Positions 39,541 to 49,813 of a stretch of 64,000 nucleotides of DNA are shown here, in pieces (positions within the stretch are counted from its first letter, which is position 1; the number at the start of each line of letters is the position of its first letter). Origin of the DNA: a virus (lineage: Duplodnaviria > Caudoviricetes); IMG/VR virus record IMGVR_UViG_3300042356_001602, one strand, 5' to 3'. The position numbers and the translations under genes were made by a program. Below the pieces are notes generated by a model. It worked only from the letters and a program-made list of their open reading frames with translations, was not told the DNA's origin and ran no database searches.

Positions 39541-39612
39541 CGCCTCCACTAGGAATCGAACCTAGAACGGGGGATTAGAAGTCCCATGTTATATCCATTT
39601 AACTACAGAGGC
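39541..39612 (-). tRNA. tRNA-Arg(UCU)
   Basis: Canonical cloverleaf; loop CTTCTAA; no encoded CCA. Confidence 0.95.
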
Positions 39613-39632
39613 AATAAACAATTATATCACCA

Positions 39633-40058
39633 CTAAGGGTATCCATAATTGGTATAAGTTTCTGAGTCTATAAATAATTTGATTTGAATAATATTTTTTT
39701 TGTCTCTAACGACATAGACAAATCCGTTAGTCCAACATACACCTTCAACAATATACCCAGGTTGAGTGTCAGTAGGATCTACTAGTCCACATTCTAGATT
39801 TTGTAATAACTTATATCTGAAAGTGTTTAATGGTACAGCACTCCAGTATAGGTCATTAAGAATATCTTCAGGAAAAGGAATCTTTCCGTGAAAATTCATA
39901 AAATTATTAGCAAGAGACAGAGCAACTTGATTAGATATTTCTGTAGAATCATATACTTTCCAGTCTTTGTAAGACTGATAAAATATTAAAAATTCATAAG
40001 AGTCCTCTTCAAAAAAAGAAGAGTCTAAAGATTGTATTGACTCTATAGAAATGTTCAT
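39633..40058 (-). CDS. Hypothetical protein
   Basis: ORF with tight packing. Confidence 0.7.
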   Translation of the reverse strand: MNISIESIQSLDSSFFEEDSYEFLIFYQSYKDWKVYDSTEISNQVALSLANNFMNFHGKIPFPEDILNDLYWSAVPLNTFRYKLLQNLECGLVDPTDTQPGYIVEGVCWTNGFVYVVRDKKNIIQIKLFIDSETYTNYGYP

Positions 40059-40059
40059 A

Positions 40060-40440
40060 TCACTTGTTCTTTAACAGTAGCTTTACGTAGAGAGTTCTTC
40101 TTTCAATATTAGAAAGAAACTTGACAGCTGTCATTCTCCAGTTGTTTTGTTTGTTAACATAATCTAGAACTTGAGACTCAGAATACTGAGAACTGTTTTT
40201 TCTTAAATTATTTTTATGCATTTCAACTTTACTTTTCTGGCAAGATAGTTGAAGTTCAATTTCTCTTCTAACTAATTGAAGACTGTAATGCCAAAGTTCA
40301 AGATGAGAGTGAAGATATGTTCTAACTTCATCAGATGTTTCAGAAGACTTAATGTCGAGGGCAACGACTTTTTGAAACTTGGACATCTCGTAGTCTGAGA
40401 TAGAAGCTATAGCTTTATCATTCAGGTATGTGAGCTCCAT
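40060..40440 (-). CDS. Helical hypothetical protein
   Basis: ORF with tight packing. Confidence 0.7.
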   Translation of the reverse strand: MELTYLNDKAIASISDYEMSKFQKVVALDIKSSETSDEVRTYLHSHLELWHYSLQLVRREIELQLSCQKSKVEMHKNNLRKNSSQYSESQVLDYVNKQNNWRMTAVKFLSNIERRTLYVKLLLKNK

Positions 40441-41176
40441 TTTTATTGCCTTTCTTATATATAAATTGGTACACTTGTAAGATATCTTCCTTGAAGGAAG
40501 CTTGAGCAGGTTCTCCAGATTTTAAAACATAGTTTAAAGAATAGAGTGGATATATTGGCCAACTACCTAGCCAGTTTAATTTTTGTTTGTAGTCTTTTAT
40601 TTTAAGGTCTGTGCCAAAAAGATTAGATAGAACAGTGTTTCCTATTGGACATATAATCTTAGGATTCATAATATGAATTTCGTTATGAAGATATGGCAAA
40701 CAGTTGTCTATATATTTTTGATCTACATCCCTGGTAGGACATCTCAGTAGATATGTTACACAGGCTTTTTCTGAAGAGAATCCTACTTCTTTCAAAGAAG
40801 ATATGAAGAAATCAGAAGAAGCTTGATCTAAATAGGAAGTCTCAAATATAAATAAAACGTCAGGGTTATTAACATTCCATTTAGGTAAAACTGGACTAGA
40901 AGAAAATTGACACTTCCTACAATTGTGAGTAACTGTATGCAGGTCTGTAATCTTTAAAGAAGTTTTTAAAGAATTAGAAGAAACTCTTGCCTCTTTAATG
41001 ATGTTAGCAACATCTGCATTTGGCAACTTCTTATCAATTGCTGAGAATATATTAGAAACTATATCTGTCTCCATAAAGCCGAGTTGACCATAAGATCTCT
41101 CAACTGATGGAGATTCAGATAAAGCTTCGTTTATAATTTCTTCTACTAAGGAAGCGTCAAATGAATTAGAACTCAT
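40418..41176 (-). CDS. Uracil-DNA glycosylase family 4-like protein
   Basis: NCRKC, PDVLFIFE, LLRCP, CLPYL..EI....PKII, YP.YS..Y; start ATG 41176. Confidence 0.8.
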   Translation of the reverse strand: MSSNSFDASLVEEIINEALSESPSVERSYGQLGFMETDIVSNIFSAIDKKLPNADVANIIKEARVSSNSLKTSLKITDLHTVTHNCRKCQFSSSPVLPKWNVNNPDVLFIFETSYLDQASSDFFISSLKEVGFSSEKACVTYLLRCPTRDVDQKYIDNCLPYLHNEIHIMNPKIICPIGNTVLSNLFGTDLKIKDYKQKLNWLGSWPIYPLYSLNYVLKSGEPAQASFKEDILQVYQFIYKKGNKNGAHIPE

Positions 41177-41615
41177 CCGGAACAGAGTTAGCTGATCCAG
41201 CTTGCTTAGTCTGATCGTTAGTTGCTGCTGTGTCGGACTTCTGGAAGGAAGAGCCAACATAAGTTAGGGCTTCTGCAACAATAACAATCTTCGAACGAGC
41301 TGATCCTTCTTGCTGCCAACGCTCTTGAACCAAGCGTCCAACAAGCTGAACTTGTGAACCCTTTTTCATTTTGCCTTCGCTGATTTGCTTAGAAACAAAC
41401 GAAGCATTCTTAGTAGCAAAGTCTGTTCCATCTTTAAGGTAATAGGTAACATCAAAGTATCCTGAAGTTACGCCTGCACCTTTTTCGCTGCCTGCAAAGT
41501 CAACTGCAATTCTGAATTTAGCAATGTTGCCATTAGCAATCACTTCTGGATCAGACACGATGCCTGCTGTTAATATTACGTTGTTACGTGGATCTATCAT
41601 TTCTATTGTCTCCAA
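41166..41615 (-). CDS. ssb: Single-stranded DNA-binding protein
   Basis: ILTAGIVSDPE, FRIAV, VGRL.QERW, C-terminal PDEF. Confidence 0.9.
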   Translation of the reverse strand: METIEMIDPRNNVILTAGIVSDPEVIANGNIAKFRIAVDFAGSEKGAGVTSGYFDVTYYLKDGTDFATKNASFVSKQISEGKMKKGSQVQLVGRLVQERWQQEGSARSKIVIVAEALTYVGSSFQKSDTAATNDQTKQAGSANSVPDEF

Positions 41616-41858
41616 TTATTCTTTGTTTAATGTATCTTTAAATGTATTAGATATTTGATCTAAAAATTCAGTAGAAATTCTAACTGCTTCTGCTGAACCA
41701 TATTCTACCATAAGGTAGTTCAAAAGATTAAGGTATAAATTATATATACCCATCTTGAGATCTGTAACCACATCTGTGGTAGTGCCTTCAGGAATGTCTT
41801 CAAGAAGTTTAAATCCTTCAGCATACTCCTGTTCTTTTTGATTATCTTCTGTTGACAT
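41616..41858 (-). CDS. Hypothetical protein
   Basis: Operon packing. Confidence 0.65.
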   Translation of the reverse strand: MSTEDNQKEQEYAEGFKLLEDIPEGTTTDVVTDLKMGIYNLYLNLLNYLMVEYGSAEAVRISTEFLDQISNTFKDTLNKE

Positions 41859-42156
41859 TTGTATTCACCCTATTCGATAAAGCTTCGTCAATTATTTGGC
41901 CAAGATATTTAGTATCCTTATAACCTTTGTCGTACAAAACAGATATAACAGGTTTTGGATCAACATGATTATATGTTATAAGTTGAAGATTTAAAACATC
42001 ATTTATAGTATAAATTCTGTAATTATTTAAATCTCTTCTAGGGTTAGGGTACTTATTATTTTTTTCTCGATTAGCGATAGTCAATGTAGAAACATTGAGA
42101 ATTTTAGCTACTTCAGATCTGTTAAAAGAAGGCTGAGATGATTTGTTTTTGGTCAT
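41842..42156 (-). CDS. MerR-type HTH regulator
   Basis: SEVAKILNVSTLTIANRE..PRRDLNNYRIYT..D. Confidence 0.85.
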   Translation of the reverse strand: MTKNKSSQPSFNRSEVAKILNVSTLTIANREKNNKYPNPRRDLNNYRIYTINDVLNLQLITYNHVDPKPVISVLYDKGYKDTKYLGQIIDEALSNRVNTNVNRR

Positions 42157-42211
42157 TCGTATTACCTTTTCAAGCTTAGATTATATATAATAACAAAAAG
42201 GTATATAAAAG

Positions 42212-43453
42212 TCAAGACGGAAGAACAGAATTCTGAATAATATTAGAGAACATCTGTCTACACTGAATGTAAGAAGATGGTTTAATATTGATTCTATGAG
42301 AATTCAAGAATTTAACAGAATCATCTAAAGCTTGAGTTAAAGTACGGTTTTCAGATAAGAAGCGCTTAGCAATAAATTTTTGATAAGCTTCTAGTTCAGA
42401 AAATTCGTGAAGATGAACACAATTGTCGGAGCAATAATCACTGTGGCAATCATCCTCATCAGAATCAGTTTCGTGAATAACATAATCATGAGAATCACAA
42501 AATTCATGAATTAAGTTATCTCTGAGGTTGTTTATATGCTGGTAATAGAACTCAGTTTCAGTGAAAGTATTCCAAGATAATTTAGAAATTTCAGAAAGAG
42601 GAACTTGTTCCCAGCATTTGAAGAAAGGACTGTGCCATTGAGAAGGCAAGTTAGAAGGAAGACTATATAAATTATGATCTCGCAACCAATTCATATTAGG
42701 CATAGTTTGAGGATTTAAATATTTTTCAAACTGTTCATACTTTTTACAATGCAAAAAGAAAGATATACTTTCAGTAATATCGAAATTAAAACCACTGTTC
42801 CAGATCCAGTCGTAAGCAGAAGCAATTACCCCAGAAAGATCTTTAGGGTATTTCTCAATGTCTTCCATGTTACTAAAGAAAGGTCTGCACAAAGTGCCAT
42901 TAGAATAAAAGTTGTACAAAGGAGGAGAGTAAATAGGTTGGTCCAATGAAGCTAAAGAGTTAGATGTAAAAAACATCTTAACAGAAACTAATCTCATGTC
43001 TTCTGGATTGTACATAGCAATATAGACTTGCCAGGGAATAGGCAGGTAGTATTCCGATGTACCAGTTTGACTACTTATTTGATCTCTGTAATCATTGTAA
43101 GTTGATACCACTTTATGACACGGAGGACGTTCAAATAGTATAATTCCAGGTGACAAATGTCTAACTCCTGGGAATAAAAGAGATTCATCTTCAGAAAAAG
43201 AACGATGAGAAATAGCAGATTTAAGTTCTTTCATTGCATTTTCTGCAACAGTTATATTAAAGCTTTGAAAAGACTCAAGATTTTGAATTTTCATTTCCCG
43301 AGAAACAGTAGAAGACTGATCAGATATCTTTAAGAAATAATCAGAGACAGAATAAGAAGAATAACGACCAGCAAGAGCTAAAGGACTATAGTTGAATTCA
43401 ATATACTCCGAAGAAGATTGTTCATTATATATAAAATCGGCAGGTGTTAACAT
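42212..43453 (-). CDS. Prokaryotic E2-like protein (Prok-E2_D/PRTRC-B-like)
   Basis: FERPP, LPIPWQVY, P.YSPPLYNFYSNGTLC motif. Confidence 0.6.
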   Translation of the reverse strand: MLTPADFIYNEQSSSEYIEFNYSPLALAGRYSSYSVSDYFLKISDQSSTVSREMKIQNLESFQSFNITVAENAMKELKSAISHRSFSEDESLLFPGVRHLSPGIILFERPPCHKVVSTYNDYRDQISSQTGTSEYYLPIPWQVYIAMYNPEDMRLVSVKMFFTSNSLASLDQPIYSPPLYNFYSNGTLCRPFFSNMEDIEKYPKDLSGVIASAYDWIWNSGFNFDITESISFFLHCKKYEQFEKYLNPQTMPNMNWLRDHNLYSLPSNLPSQWHSPFFKCWEQVPLSEISKLSWNTFTETEFYYQHINNLRDNLIHEFCDSHDYVIHETDSDEDDCHSDYCSDNCVHLHEFSELEAYQKFIAKRFLSENRTLTQALDDSVKFLNSHRINIKPSSYIQCRQMFSNIIQNSVLPS

Positions 43454-43456
43454 GAT

Positions 43457-44596
43457 TTAAATATTCTCCGATTGTTTAATATAAGGAGCGATCTCAGAAT
43501 GATCAAACTCGTTTTGTAAATTGTCAGGGTCAAAATTCAACATAGCCTTGTATATTGAAGCAACAATATAAGGGTTAGAAATATAATCAAGAATAAGAGA
43601 ACTTTGATAATTTTTTATAACCACTTTAAAACTTGTTTCGTTTACAACTGAAGGATATTGTCCATAGTTATGAGTCAAGATTCTTGCTATTCTATGCCAG
43701 GGAGCAGTTGCATTTTGGTGAGATTGAGATATTAAAATAAAAGAATCTAAATTAGATTTATTAAAATGATGTCTTAGTGTTGGATGGTAAGAAGTTTTTT
43801 CTTTAGTGTAAGTGATGTAGCCAATGTGCTCTTGTAAAGAAATATTAGACAAAAGATACAAAAGACTCTTGTAATACTTTGCAGTGTTATGTCTTTTGTA
43901 ATAGTTAGAAATAATAGCAGCACTCTTTTTATTTTGTGATATTTTTTCAACTATAGGAGCAAAATATTCTAGGTTTTGCATAGCACAAGAAAGATCGCAA
44001 TTCCATCCACCAAAATAAGAATTAAAAGTATGATTATAAATATCAGTTATAGAAGAACCATTTTCAATCATCTGGCTAGTTGGTAAAGAATCTTGTCCCA
44101 TACAAATATTGCCAGAACTAGAATTAGGAAGATAGCAAGGAACTAACTTATCATCAAAAGATTGAAGGGGACCATCGTTAAAGTATAAATGAAAAACAAA
44201 AGAACTACTAAAAGAACCTGATTGATACTCAGTAGATATAACTGAAACGGTCCATGGAATCCACATCTTAACTGATTGTAAATATTTAGGAGTAGTCCTA
44301 GGGCGATAAGAAGTTGCAGTAGAAAAGTCTATTTCTATCTCAAAAGGAGGGCGCTCTATAATATGAGTCTTGCCGTCAGGAGATGAATACCTAACGGCCA
44401 AAGGCAATAGGGAATAATCTCTAGTAAAAGCAGATTTAGAACGATCTTCTATTACTTTATTAGTATCTAAAAAACTAACCTGGTAATTAATCCAAAGATC
44501 ATTGTCAACAACTCTGGGAGTTGCTTGATGGGTAAGATTAAATATATTCTGTGGGGTATACAAAGAATAATTATAGTCATAATATTCAGGATCCAT
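43457..44596 (-). CDS. Second E2-like paralogue
   Basis: IERPP, WIPWTV, PCYLPNSSSGNICMG, FNSYF..WNCDL. Confidence 0.6.
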   Translation of the reverse strand: MDPEYYDYNYSLYTPQNIFNLTHQATPRVVDNDLWINYQVSFLDTNKVIEDRSKSAFTRDYSLLPLAVRYSSPDGKTHIIERPPFEIEIDFSTATSYRPRTTPKYLQSVKMWIPWTVSVISTEYQSGSFSSSFVFHLYFNDGPLQSFDDKLVPCYLPNSSSGNICMGQDSLPTSQMIENGSSITDIYNHTFNSYFGGWNCDLSCAMQNLEYFAPIVEKISQNKKSAAIISNYYKRHNTAKYYKSLLYLLSNISLQEHIGYITYTKEKTSYHPTLRHHFNKSNLDSFILISQSHQNATAPWHRIARILTHNYGQYPSVVNETSFKVVIKNYQSSLILDYISNPYIVASIYKAMLNFDPDNLQNEFDHSEIAPYIKQSENI

Positions 44597-44600
44597 AATA

Positions 44601-45182
44601 TTACTCCTTAGAAACTAAAGTCTTCAAATAAGAATTTGTTTCTTTTTGTTTGGGGATCAACATAGCATCTTCAGCTACATCTTGTTGAACAAACTGTATA
44701 GACAAATCAATTAAAAACTTATTAAATAAAGAAATTGCTTCTAAATTTAAGTTGTCGTTTTCCATTTCTATTTGAGTGTATTTAAATTGAGAATAAACAT
44801 TTAAGTTATTATCATAAATTCTATAAAGATATGTTCCGTCATAAGAACGAAATCTTGAAAGATAATAATCAATGTCATTATTAGCTCTTACCTTATTCAT
44901 AACAGAAAAGTCTGGCTTATACAACGGGCAATTAGACTGTTCCATTGCATAGACACAAGAGATAGGTTGGCCATCGTTAGACTTGCGAGTAGGAGCTGAA
45001 CAAGAATATATGCCGGGATTATTAGCGTAAGCATAAGAAGAAGATGCATTAAGATTAGAAGGAGAACTGTGATGCTGACAAGATGTTAAAGTATTTTTAG
45101 AAATCTCTTTGGCAAGTTCATAATCATCACTTTTAGGATCCGTTATAGAATCCAAAAGATTTCTTATTGTTGATGTTGACAT
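44601..45182 (-). CDS. Hypothetical protein with Cys/His motifs
   Basis: CQHH..CS..C...CPLY. Confidence 0.7.
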   Translation of the reverse strand: MSTSTIRNLLDSITDPKSDDYELAKEISKNTLTSCQHHSSPSNLNASSSYAYANNPGIYSCSAPTRKSNDGQPISCVYAMEQSNCPLYKPDFSVMNKVRANNDIDYYLSRFRSYDGTYLYRIYDNNLNVYSQFKYTQIEMENDNLNLEAISLFNKFLIDLSIQFVQQDVAEDAMLIPKQKETNSYLKTLVSKE

Positions 45183-45188
45183 TATTAA

Positions 45189-45833
45189 TTATCTCCAAGT
45201 CATTTGAGAAACTTGATAGTTCTCAGTCTTAAGGTTTTGAATTTGCTCAAGAAGAGAATTTATATATATATCTTTTTCAGATAAAAGATTTAAAAGGTAT
45301 TGATTATCAATTTTAGTTAAATTAAAAGAATCGATAAAAGAAGATATAGAAGATTGAAAATTATCAGAATTACTAAAACTGTGTACGGTAAAAGGTTGAT
45401 CTAACTTGTGTGTATTAAGAAGAACAACAGATCCAGATCCTTGACCAGATATCTTAAGATAATTGTTTGCAGTTAATTGAGATATGATATTCTCATAGTC
45501 ACTTGGTAGAAAGGAATCAAAAGCTATTGTTTTAAAAAGTTTTTTAGATCCGATGAAAGCATAAGTTGTGTGAGATGTATTAAAAATATCATCAGCAAAA
45601 GCGCGTGCAACAACTGTTTGACTTAGAGTTAGCTCTGAAGTTAGTTGAGCATACCGTTCTACAGTTATCTCAGAACTTTTAGGTAAAGTTTTAAGATAAG
45701 AATAATTCTTATTTAAAAGATGATAAGCTATAAAAGTATTAACTGGATAAAGATGATCATCAATAGAATCAAGAATATCATCTAAATGCTCATTGGTGAA
45801 TCCAGTTGTAGGTATTTGATATATAGGTAGCAT
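45189..45833 (-). CDS. Hypothetical protein
   Basis: ORF with tight packing. Confidence 0.7.
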   Translation of the reverse strand: MLPIYQIPTTGFTNEHLDDILDSIDDHLYPVNTFIAYHLLNKNYSYLKTLPKSSEITVERYAQLTSELTLSQTVVARAFADDIFNTSHTTYAFIGSKKLFKTIAFDSFLPSDYENIISQLTANNYLKISGQGSGSVVLLNTHKLDQPFTVHSFSNSDNFQSSISSFIDSFNLTKIDNQYLLNLLSEKDIYINSLLEQIQNLKTENYQVSQMTWR

Positions 45834-46042
45834 TAAGTCTCCGTAAGTATAGATTCAAAGGACAATGTTTTATTTTGTAATGAATCAAGAAATGGCAAAG
45901 ATGACAAATGCAACGAATGTATTTCGTCATGCACTTGTTTTGCAATTGGATATATTTTATGTAAAAAATAGAAATTATTTAATATATTAAAATTTTCAGA
46001 TTCTACAAATAGAACAGAAACGTTATTGATCGGTTCCGTCAA
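45833..46042 (-). CDS. Hypothetical protein
   Basis: Probable TTG start overlapping the upstream gene end; start approximate. Confidence 0.45.
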   Translation of the reverse strand: MTEPINNVSVLFVESENFNILNNFYFLHKIYPIAKQVHDEIHSLHLSSLPFLDSLQNKTLSFESILTET

Positions 46043-46412
46043 ATAACTTTTCGTCAGCCAGGCTCTCAATGGCTGAGGCAACTCCTGGACTTTCTGCAGC
46101 CAATAGACCACCGGCTCCTTCTTTCATGGCTTCAAGCATTTGTTTTCTGCTGTGAGCTATAGTGTCCATAAATATTTTTTGGGATTCAGGAGTAGCAAAT
46201 TTAATTTGGGCTATAAGGCCTTCCATGTTTACTGCTTGCTCGCCAAAACCAAGAATTAAAGTAGCAATCTGCTTCTCTAGATTCTCAATAGACTCATCAA
46301 ACTCTTTAAATCTTTCGTCTATTTTATTAGACATAGATATAATAAGTTGCTGAGTTTGTTCTCTGAGAAGGTCTATATCGCTTATGCCTTCGAATAATGA
46401 ATCATCTGACAT
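46023..46412 (-). CDS. Coiled-coil hypothetical protein
   Basis: ATG overlaps the upstream stop. Confidence 0.65.
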   Translation of the reverse strand: MSDDSLFEGISDIDLLREQTQQLIISMSNKIDERFKEFDESIENLEKQIATLILGFGEQAVNMEGLIAQIKFATPESQKIFMDTIAHSRKQMLEAMKEGAGGLLAAESPGVASAIESLADEKLFDGTDQ

Positions 46413-47029
46413 TATGCGTCGTACCATTCTGTGTTGTTAGTGACATGGGAAGCTAAAGAAAGATCAAGCAAATAAGAAATGCTTACGATATCTTGACGAC
46501 TTACTTTAATAGAGTCAACAGACAGAGGTGATTTCATATCAGGAATAAATGCACCACTGTCAGACTTGCGAGCTTTAAAATGACCAGCTTTCCAGATGAA
46601 CGCATTAGTATCTACGTTGTCTCCAGACTGCCAATACTGACATTTAAAGATTCTACTGATTGATTGACCAGCAGCAGTCATAGTTCCACCATAAGAAACA
46701 TATGCTTCAGGTGTAGCAAGGCCAAGTCTTTCATTAGCAGGAAAGTTAAGAGCAGCAGTTCCATTGGTTATAGCTTTAAGGTAAGCTGCAAAGTCAATAG
46801 CATCAACAAAACAGTTAGTATTACTTTCAAGCTTTCCAGAAGCATTGGTCTTACCAATGTCAATGGAAAATTTCATACCCTGAAACCAAGGTCGAATGGA
46901 AATAAAACCACTTTGGGATTTAGATTTAAACCATTTCTTATAAAGTGTATTAGTGTATTTTGGTTTATCATCTTGGTTATCAGAATCTAGTGATTCTAAG
47001 AACTCTTCTACATTTTCTTCAATTGACAT
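46412..47029 (-). CDS. Hypothetical protein
   Basis: AAAAGG RBS. Confidence 0.75.
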   Translation of the reverse strand: MSIEENVEEFLESLDSDNQDDKPKYTNTLYKKWFKSKSQSGFISIRPWFQGMKFSIDIGKTNASGKLESNTNCFVDAIDFAAYLKAITNGTAALNFPANERLGLATPEAYVSYGGTMTAAGQSISRIFKCQYWQSGDNVDTNAFIWKAGHFKARKSDSGAFIPDMKSPLSVDSIKVSRQDIVSISYLLDLSLASHVTNNTEWYDA

Positions 47030-47051
47030 AATTACCTTTTGTTTAAGATTG

Positions 47052-48650
47052 TTAGACTTTCAAGTCCCAAGAAGGGGCTTGAGAAGATTTTTGTTTACCA
47101 AGTATATCATCTATGTCATTATACTGGAAGCTAGAAGCCCAGTCCCAGTTGTCATAAGCATAACGATATAAGTCTCTAATCATTTCGCGTTCTTTATTCC
47201 AAAGAATATTACGCATAAATGGAGCAGCTTTTACTACATCAGCAGTATTGAGCATGCGGTGTTCAGCAGAAACAACATTGAATTTTGTTTCTTTAACTAA
47301 TGATTTAATTTCTGCACCAGTAAAGTACTTGGTTGCTTGAGCTATAGCAGAGTAATCATAAGTGTCTTCAGGAAGATAGATCTTAATAATTTCAATTCGT
47401 TCTTCAAATGATGGCAAGCCAACAAAGAAGATCTTATCGAAGCGTTCTGCACGAAGCATTTCTGGTTTAAGATGGTTTAGCTGGTTAGCAGCACACATTA
47501 AGAAAACATCGTTAGGAAGTTCTTGAAGTCCAGTAAGAAATTCACCATGAACACGATCGGTAGTGCCACCGTCTACTTGAGACGAGCTTTGACCACCAGA
47601 CATATCTCGACCAAACTCGTCAATCCATACGCAAAGCGGAGCCATGACTTTAATTTGCTGAAAGACTGTACGCATGTTTTGTTCTGATTGACCGATAAAA
47701 GAATTCATGACTTGACTTACACCAGTTCGGGCAAGGTCAAGACCAAGAGCACTAGCAGTTGCCTCACATATAGCAGACTTACCAGTGCCGGGAATGCCAA
47801 CAGTTAGCATGCGACGAATAGGCTGAATGCCAAACTTCTCAGCTTCTTCAGGATTATTCCAGAAGTAAAGATTGCGCATAATAACATCTTTAATATTATC
47901 AAGGCCACCAATTTGATCAAAAGTAATCTTAGGTTTTATTATTTCAAGGATTCCGTTTTTCTTAACATTAGCCATTTTAGCTTCATAGATGTAAGAAGAA
48001 CTAATTGTTCCATGTTCAAGTACTGACATAAGACAGAGATTGATAAATTTAGATTCTGTAAGACCAAGTCCAGCATTGGAAATTTCTTTGGCTTTAGCAG
48101 CATCTAATACTTCGCCATTAGTAGAAGTATGTATGTGGTTGAGAATTTCGTTTAGCTCTTGAAGAGTGGGGTACATATCTTCATGAACATAAAATAAATG
48201 CGCAATTTCTTCTGGAACATCAGAAGCGCTCAAGACTATGAGCTGAAGTGGCATTAAAGAAATGTCATCAGATTTAAAAGATTTTCTGTAATCAGAATGC
48301 AGGGAAGAGACTAAGCCTGAAAATTCATTAGCAAATGCTTTAGGATCTCCAATTAAATTGTAAATAAAAGATTTAGGAAGATCTTTAACAGCAGAAGAAT
48401 TAAGCATGTAGTCAAAAGACAATGACAAATCAGTAGTTGTCTTGATTATTGGTGGAGCACCGTCTTCAGGAGCAGGTATAGAAACAAGAACTGGTTTCCA
48501 TTGGAAGTTTATGTTTTGAGAAAATCCATCTTTTGAAATTGTAAAGTATGTACGCTTATCAAAGGATGTAATATTTTCTTCGAGTCTGTAAGGGTCGGTT
48601 GTTTTAATCCAAATAGCGGGAATTCCCAATTGGATTTGCTGAAAGAGCAT
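47052..48650 (-). CDS. AAA+ ATPase (Ycf46/Cdc48-like)
   Basis: TFDQIGGLDNIK, GIPGTGKS, WIDEFGR, AANQ, RAERFD, FTGAEI. Confidence 0.92.
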   Translation of the reverse strand: MLFQQIQLGIPAIWIKTTDPYRLEENITSFDKRTYFTISKDGFSQNINFQWKPVLVSIPAPEDGAPPIIKTTTDLSLSFDYMLNSSAVKDLPKSFIYNLIGDPKAFANEFSGLVSSLHSDYRKSFKSDDISLMPLQLIVLSASDVPEEIAHLFYVHEDMYPTLQELNEILNHIHTSTNGEVLDAAKAKEISNAGLGLTESKFINLCLMSVLEHGTISSSYIYEAKMANVKKNGILEIIKPKITFDQIGGLDNIKDVIMRNLYFWNNPEEAEKFGIQPIRRMLTVGIPGTGKSAICEATASALGLDLARTGVSQVMNSFIGQSEQNMRTVFQQIKVMAPLCVWIDEFGRDMSGGQSSSQVDGGTTDRVHGEFLTGLQELPNDVFLMCAANQLNHLKPEMLRAERFDKIFFVGLPSFEERIEIIKIYLPEDTYDYSAIAQATKYFTGAEIKSLVKETKFNVVSAEHRMLNTADVVKAAPFMRNILWNKEREMIRDLYRYAYDNWDWASSFQYNDIDDILGKQKSSQAPSWDLKV

Positions 48651-48698
48651 ATGTACTCCAGGTATCAAAATAATAATCTAATGGCTTTATAAAAAATA

Positions 48699-48761
48699 GT
48701 GGGGGGGACTACTCTGTTAAGAGTCTAATAAACTATCAAGTAGTTTAATAGTCCCCCCCAC
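48699..48761 (-). terminator. Terminator-like element with a 13-bp stem enclosing two inner hairpins
   Basis: GTGGGGGGGACTA / TAGTCCCCCCCAC; inner CTCT-GTTA-AGAG and AACTA-TCAAG-TAGTT; U-tract follows on the minus strand. Confidence 0.75.
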
Positions 48762-48780
48762 GATCATGTTAGGAAAGGTG

Positions 48781-49032
48781 TTAGCCCTTTTCGCCTGCAC
48801 GGCGATGGAACTCAACGTTGTCGTTTGACTGAATGACATAGTTCTCGTCAAGCTTGTCTTTGCCCTTGTAAGCAATAGCATCTGAGCTAATGCCCCAGAG
48901 CTTGCTGAACTGCTCACGGACCTGTCCAACAGTCTTTCCTGAGACTGGTGCTGGTTGGTTGTATACACCGTAACGAACGTTGGCTACGCCTTCGCCTGTG
49001 CTGGTGTTTGTTTGGTTGGAATTCATTTCCAT
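48781..49032 (-). CDS. Ubiquitin-like beta-grasp protein ending AGEKG
   Basis: GKTVGQVR..W.I...A........DENYVI..ND.VEF.RRAGEKG; adjacent to the E1. Confidence 0.85.
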   Translation of the reverse strand: MEMNSNQTNTSTGEGVANVRYGVYNQPAPVSGKTVGQVREQFSKLWGISSDAIAYKGKDKLDENYVIQSNDNVEFHRRAGEKG

Positions 49033-49053
49033 GTTATTATCTCCGTTTATTAA

Positions 49054-49803
49054 TTATAGGTAAGCGGGTTGCTGTTGATTGACCATACGATTATATGGTT
49101 GGGACATGCCAAGACCTAGATCAAAGTAGATCTCTGACTGTTCTGGATTTTGTTCGGAAACAATAGTATATTGAATACGACCAAGAATCATTGCAGCAAC
49201 AGCCATATTGGTGGCAAGTATTTGGGTGCCACCTTCTACTTCGGCTCGTTCTTGACAAGACATTTCACCTGGATTGCGATCAGGTGGATTTTGGTATTCT
49301 GGGTGTGTTTCTACTGGATGAGCAGTAACGTCTACGCCATCACGACGACGATAATGATAGATGCTACCAAAAAGGTTATCATCGTTTCCACCAGTAAAAA
49401 CATCTACGTTGTTAAGTTTTGAAGCTGCGTCAAATAAAATTTTACGAGCAGAAAAGTTATCAACAACAGCAAGAACGATATCGCCTTCAGCGAGCAACTT
49501 AGTTGCTCTAATCTTGCTAGACTCTTCATCTGTTTCAGGATGTTCATCAGAAACAACCCATTTAGGAATAGGTATAACAAGAGTCTGATTAAATTGCTTA
49601 GTCAGCTCAAGAGCTTTAACTGAAGCTTTGTTGCCGACTTGAGTGAATGATTGACGCTCTAAGTTTCTTTGCTCATAGCTGTCACCATCAACGATTATCA
49701 AAGCAGATCCAGGATATTTCCATTCAAGAAGTCTAACAACTCCTTCTGCTAACCAGGTGCCAATGCCACCGGCACCAACTAAAACTACTCTTTTAGGTTC
49801 CAT
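49054..49803 (-). CDS. ThiF/E1-like activating enzyme
   Basis: VVLVGAGGIG, VDGD.YE..NL.RQ, NKA, AVVDN..AR, SC..R. Confidence 0.92.
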   Translation of the reverse strand: MEPKRVVLVGAGGIGTWLAEGVVRLLEWKYPGSALIIVDGDSYEQRNLERQSFTQVGNKASVKALELTKQFNQTLVIPIPKWVVSDEHPETDEESSKIRATKLLAEGDIVLAVVDNFSARKILFDAASKLNNVDVFTGGNDDNLFGSIYHYRRRDGVDVTAHPVETHPEYQNPPDRNPGEMSCQERAEVEGGTQILATNMAVAAMILGRIQYTIVSEQNPEQSEIYFDLGLGMSQPYNRMVNQQQPAYL

Positions 49804-49813
49804 AAATTATTCC

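Noticed and set aside
41176-41179. In-frame CGGA in the called 40418-41260 ORF
   Set aside because: It lies before the probable ATG start (41176) of the UDG gene and is out of frame (CCG GAT) in ssb, so it is neither a site nor a counter-example.
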